DNA of 64,000 nucleotides. Source: Octopus sinensis. Its lineage: Eukaryota. This document shows positions 63,285-64,000 of this stretch, in pieces (within the stretch, counting starts at the first letter, position 1; every line of letters begins with the position of its first letter). A program made the translations under genes and the position numbers. The DNA lies in the NCBI RefSeq assembly GCF_006345805.1, contig NC_042999.1:82832001-82896000 (forward strand). Direction: 5' to 3'. The notes beneath the pieces are model-generated. The model did no database searches, had not been told where the DNA came from, and saw only the letters and a list, made by a program, of their open reading frames with translations.

Positions 63285-63490
63285 TTGGTAACCTCACTGG
63301 TGCTGGTGCCACATAAATTGCACCCAGAACGCTGTGAAGTGGTTGGTGTTAGGAAGAGCATCTAGTAGTAGAAACCATGCCAAGCAGACATACAAACCTG
63401 GTCCTGCCTTATGGCTCACCTCTCCTTCATGAGCCATCTAGACCATGCCAACATGGAAAAGAATACATTAAATGATGATGATGATGATTA
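63285..63490 (+). mobile_element. SINE family D copy, degenerate
   Basis: TTGGTGTTAGGAAGAGCATC...ACCATGCCAACATGGAAAAG...TTAAATGATGATG. Confidence 0.75.
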
Positions 63491-64000
63491 GTGAAGGAAA
63501 ATAGGGATCACAGTAGTCCAGGCAAATACCTCAGCACACCATACAACAAACTCTATAAGAAGAGCCATTAAAGAGTAAAGTAGTCCACATAGGTAAAATA
63601 CACTAGGTGATCTGTACAAAGTGTAGATCCTAGGTTATTCACAGATCGATTGGTTGATACATTAGTAATCATAGGATATAGTAGAAATCACATAAACAAT
63701 AAAGAACTGAAGTTATGTAAGAATAACAAAATGGAAAAAAAAATTCTTGCTTTAAGAAAATGGTGGGAAACACCAAAGCTGTCACAGAGTGGCCCTTATG
63801 GAGAAATATGTGCATTTTGAGTTCTGCATATAAAATCACAATGGAAATAACCATTTTACAGGTCAGATATATGTGAAGCATATTTGAACTTATCAAAAAG
63901 GTTTGTTTATATATTTTCACTCTATCATGTGCCAACCATGTATACATACACACACACACACACACACATATATGAAAAAAAAACATTAAGAACAGGACAT

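Overview
This is eukaryotic, AT-rich, repeat-saturated non-coding DNA. The SINE families and the (TA)n/(CA)n/(TACA)n microsatellite load suggest an octopus (coleoid cephalopod) genome; that is inferred from recalled repeat sequences, not from a search. I found no intact protein-coding gene, convincing host exon, rRNA, true tRNA or CRISPR array, and nearly all ORF-track entries are microsatellite artefacts. The window is a transposon graveyard. It holds at least four tRNA-derived SINE families and decayed LINEs (RTE, L1/Tx1-like, CR1-like, R4/Dong-like and HERO-like). It also holds Penelope-like repeat ends with minimal hammerhead-ribozyme motifs, Helitrons, a hAT element with an 8-bp TSD, mariner pieces and a possible piggyBac fossil. 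The most interesting signals are relationships between elements. A SINE subfamily has a 3' tail matching the Tx1-like LINE 3' end and sits at the same nucleotide inside three different older SINEs. A second SINE shares its tail with a CR1-like LINE, including a covarying hairpin. There is also a local SINE 3'-transduction with an 18-bp TSD, a recurrent non-canonical hammerhead core (CUGUGGA), a covarying structured RNA head in two RTE-type 5' ends, and several fold-back or head-to-head inverted repeats. Boundaries are hand-read and approximate unless a TSD or TIR is quoted.
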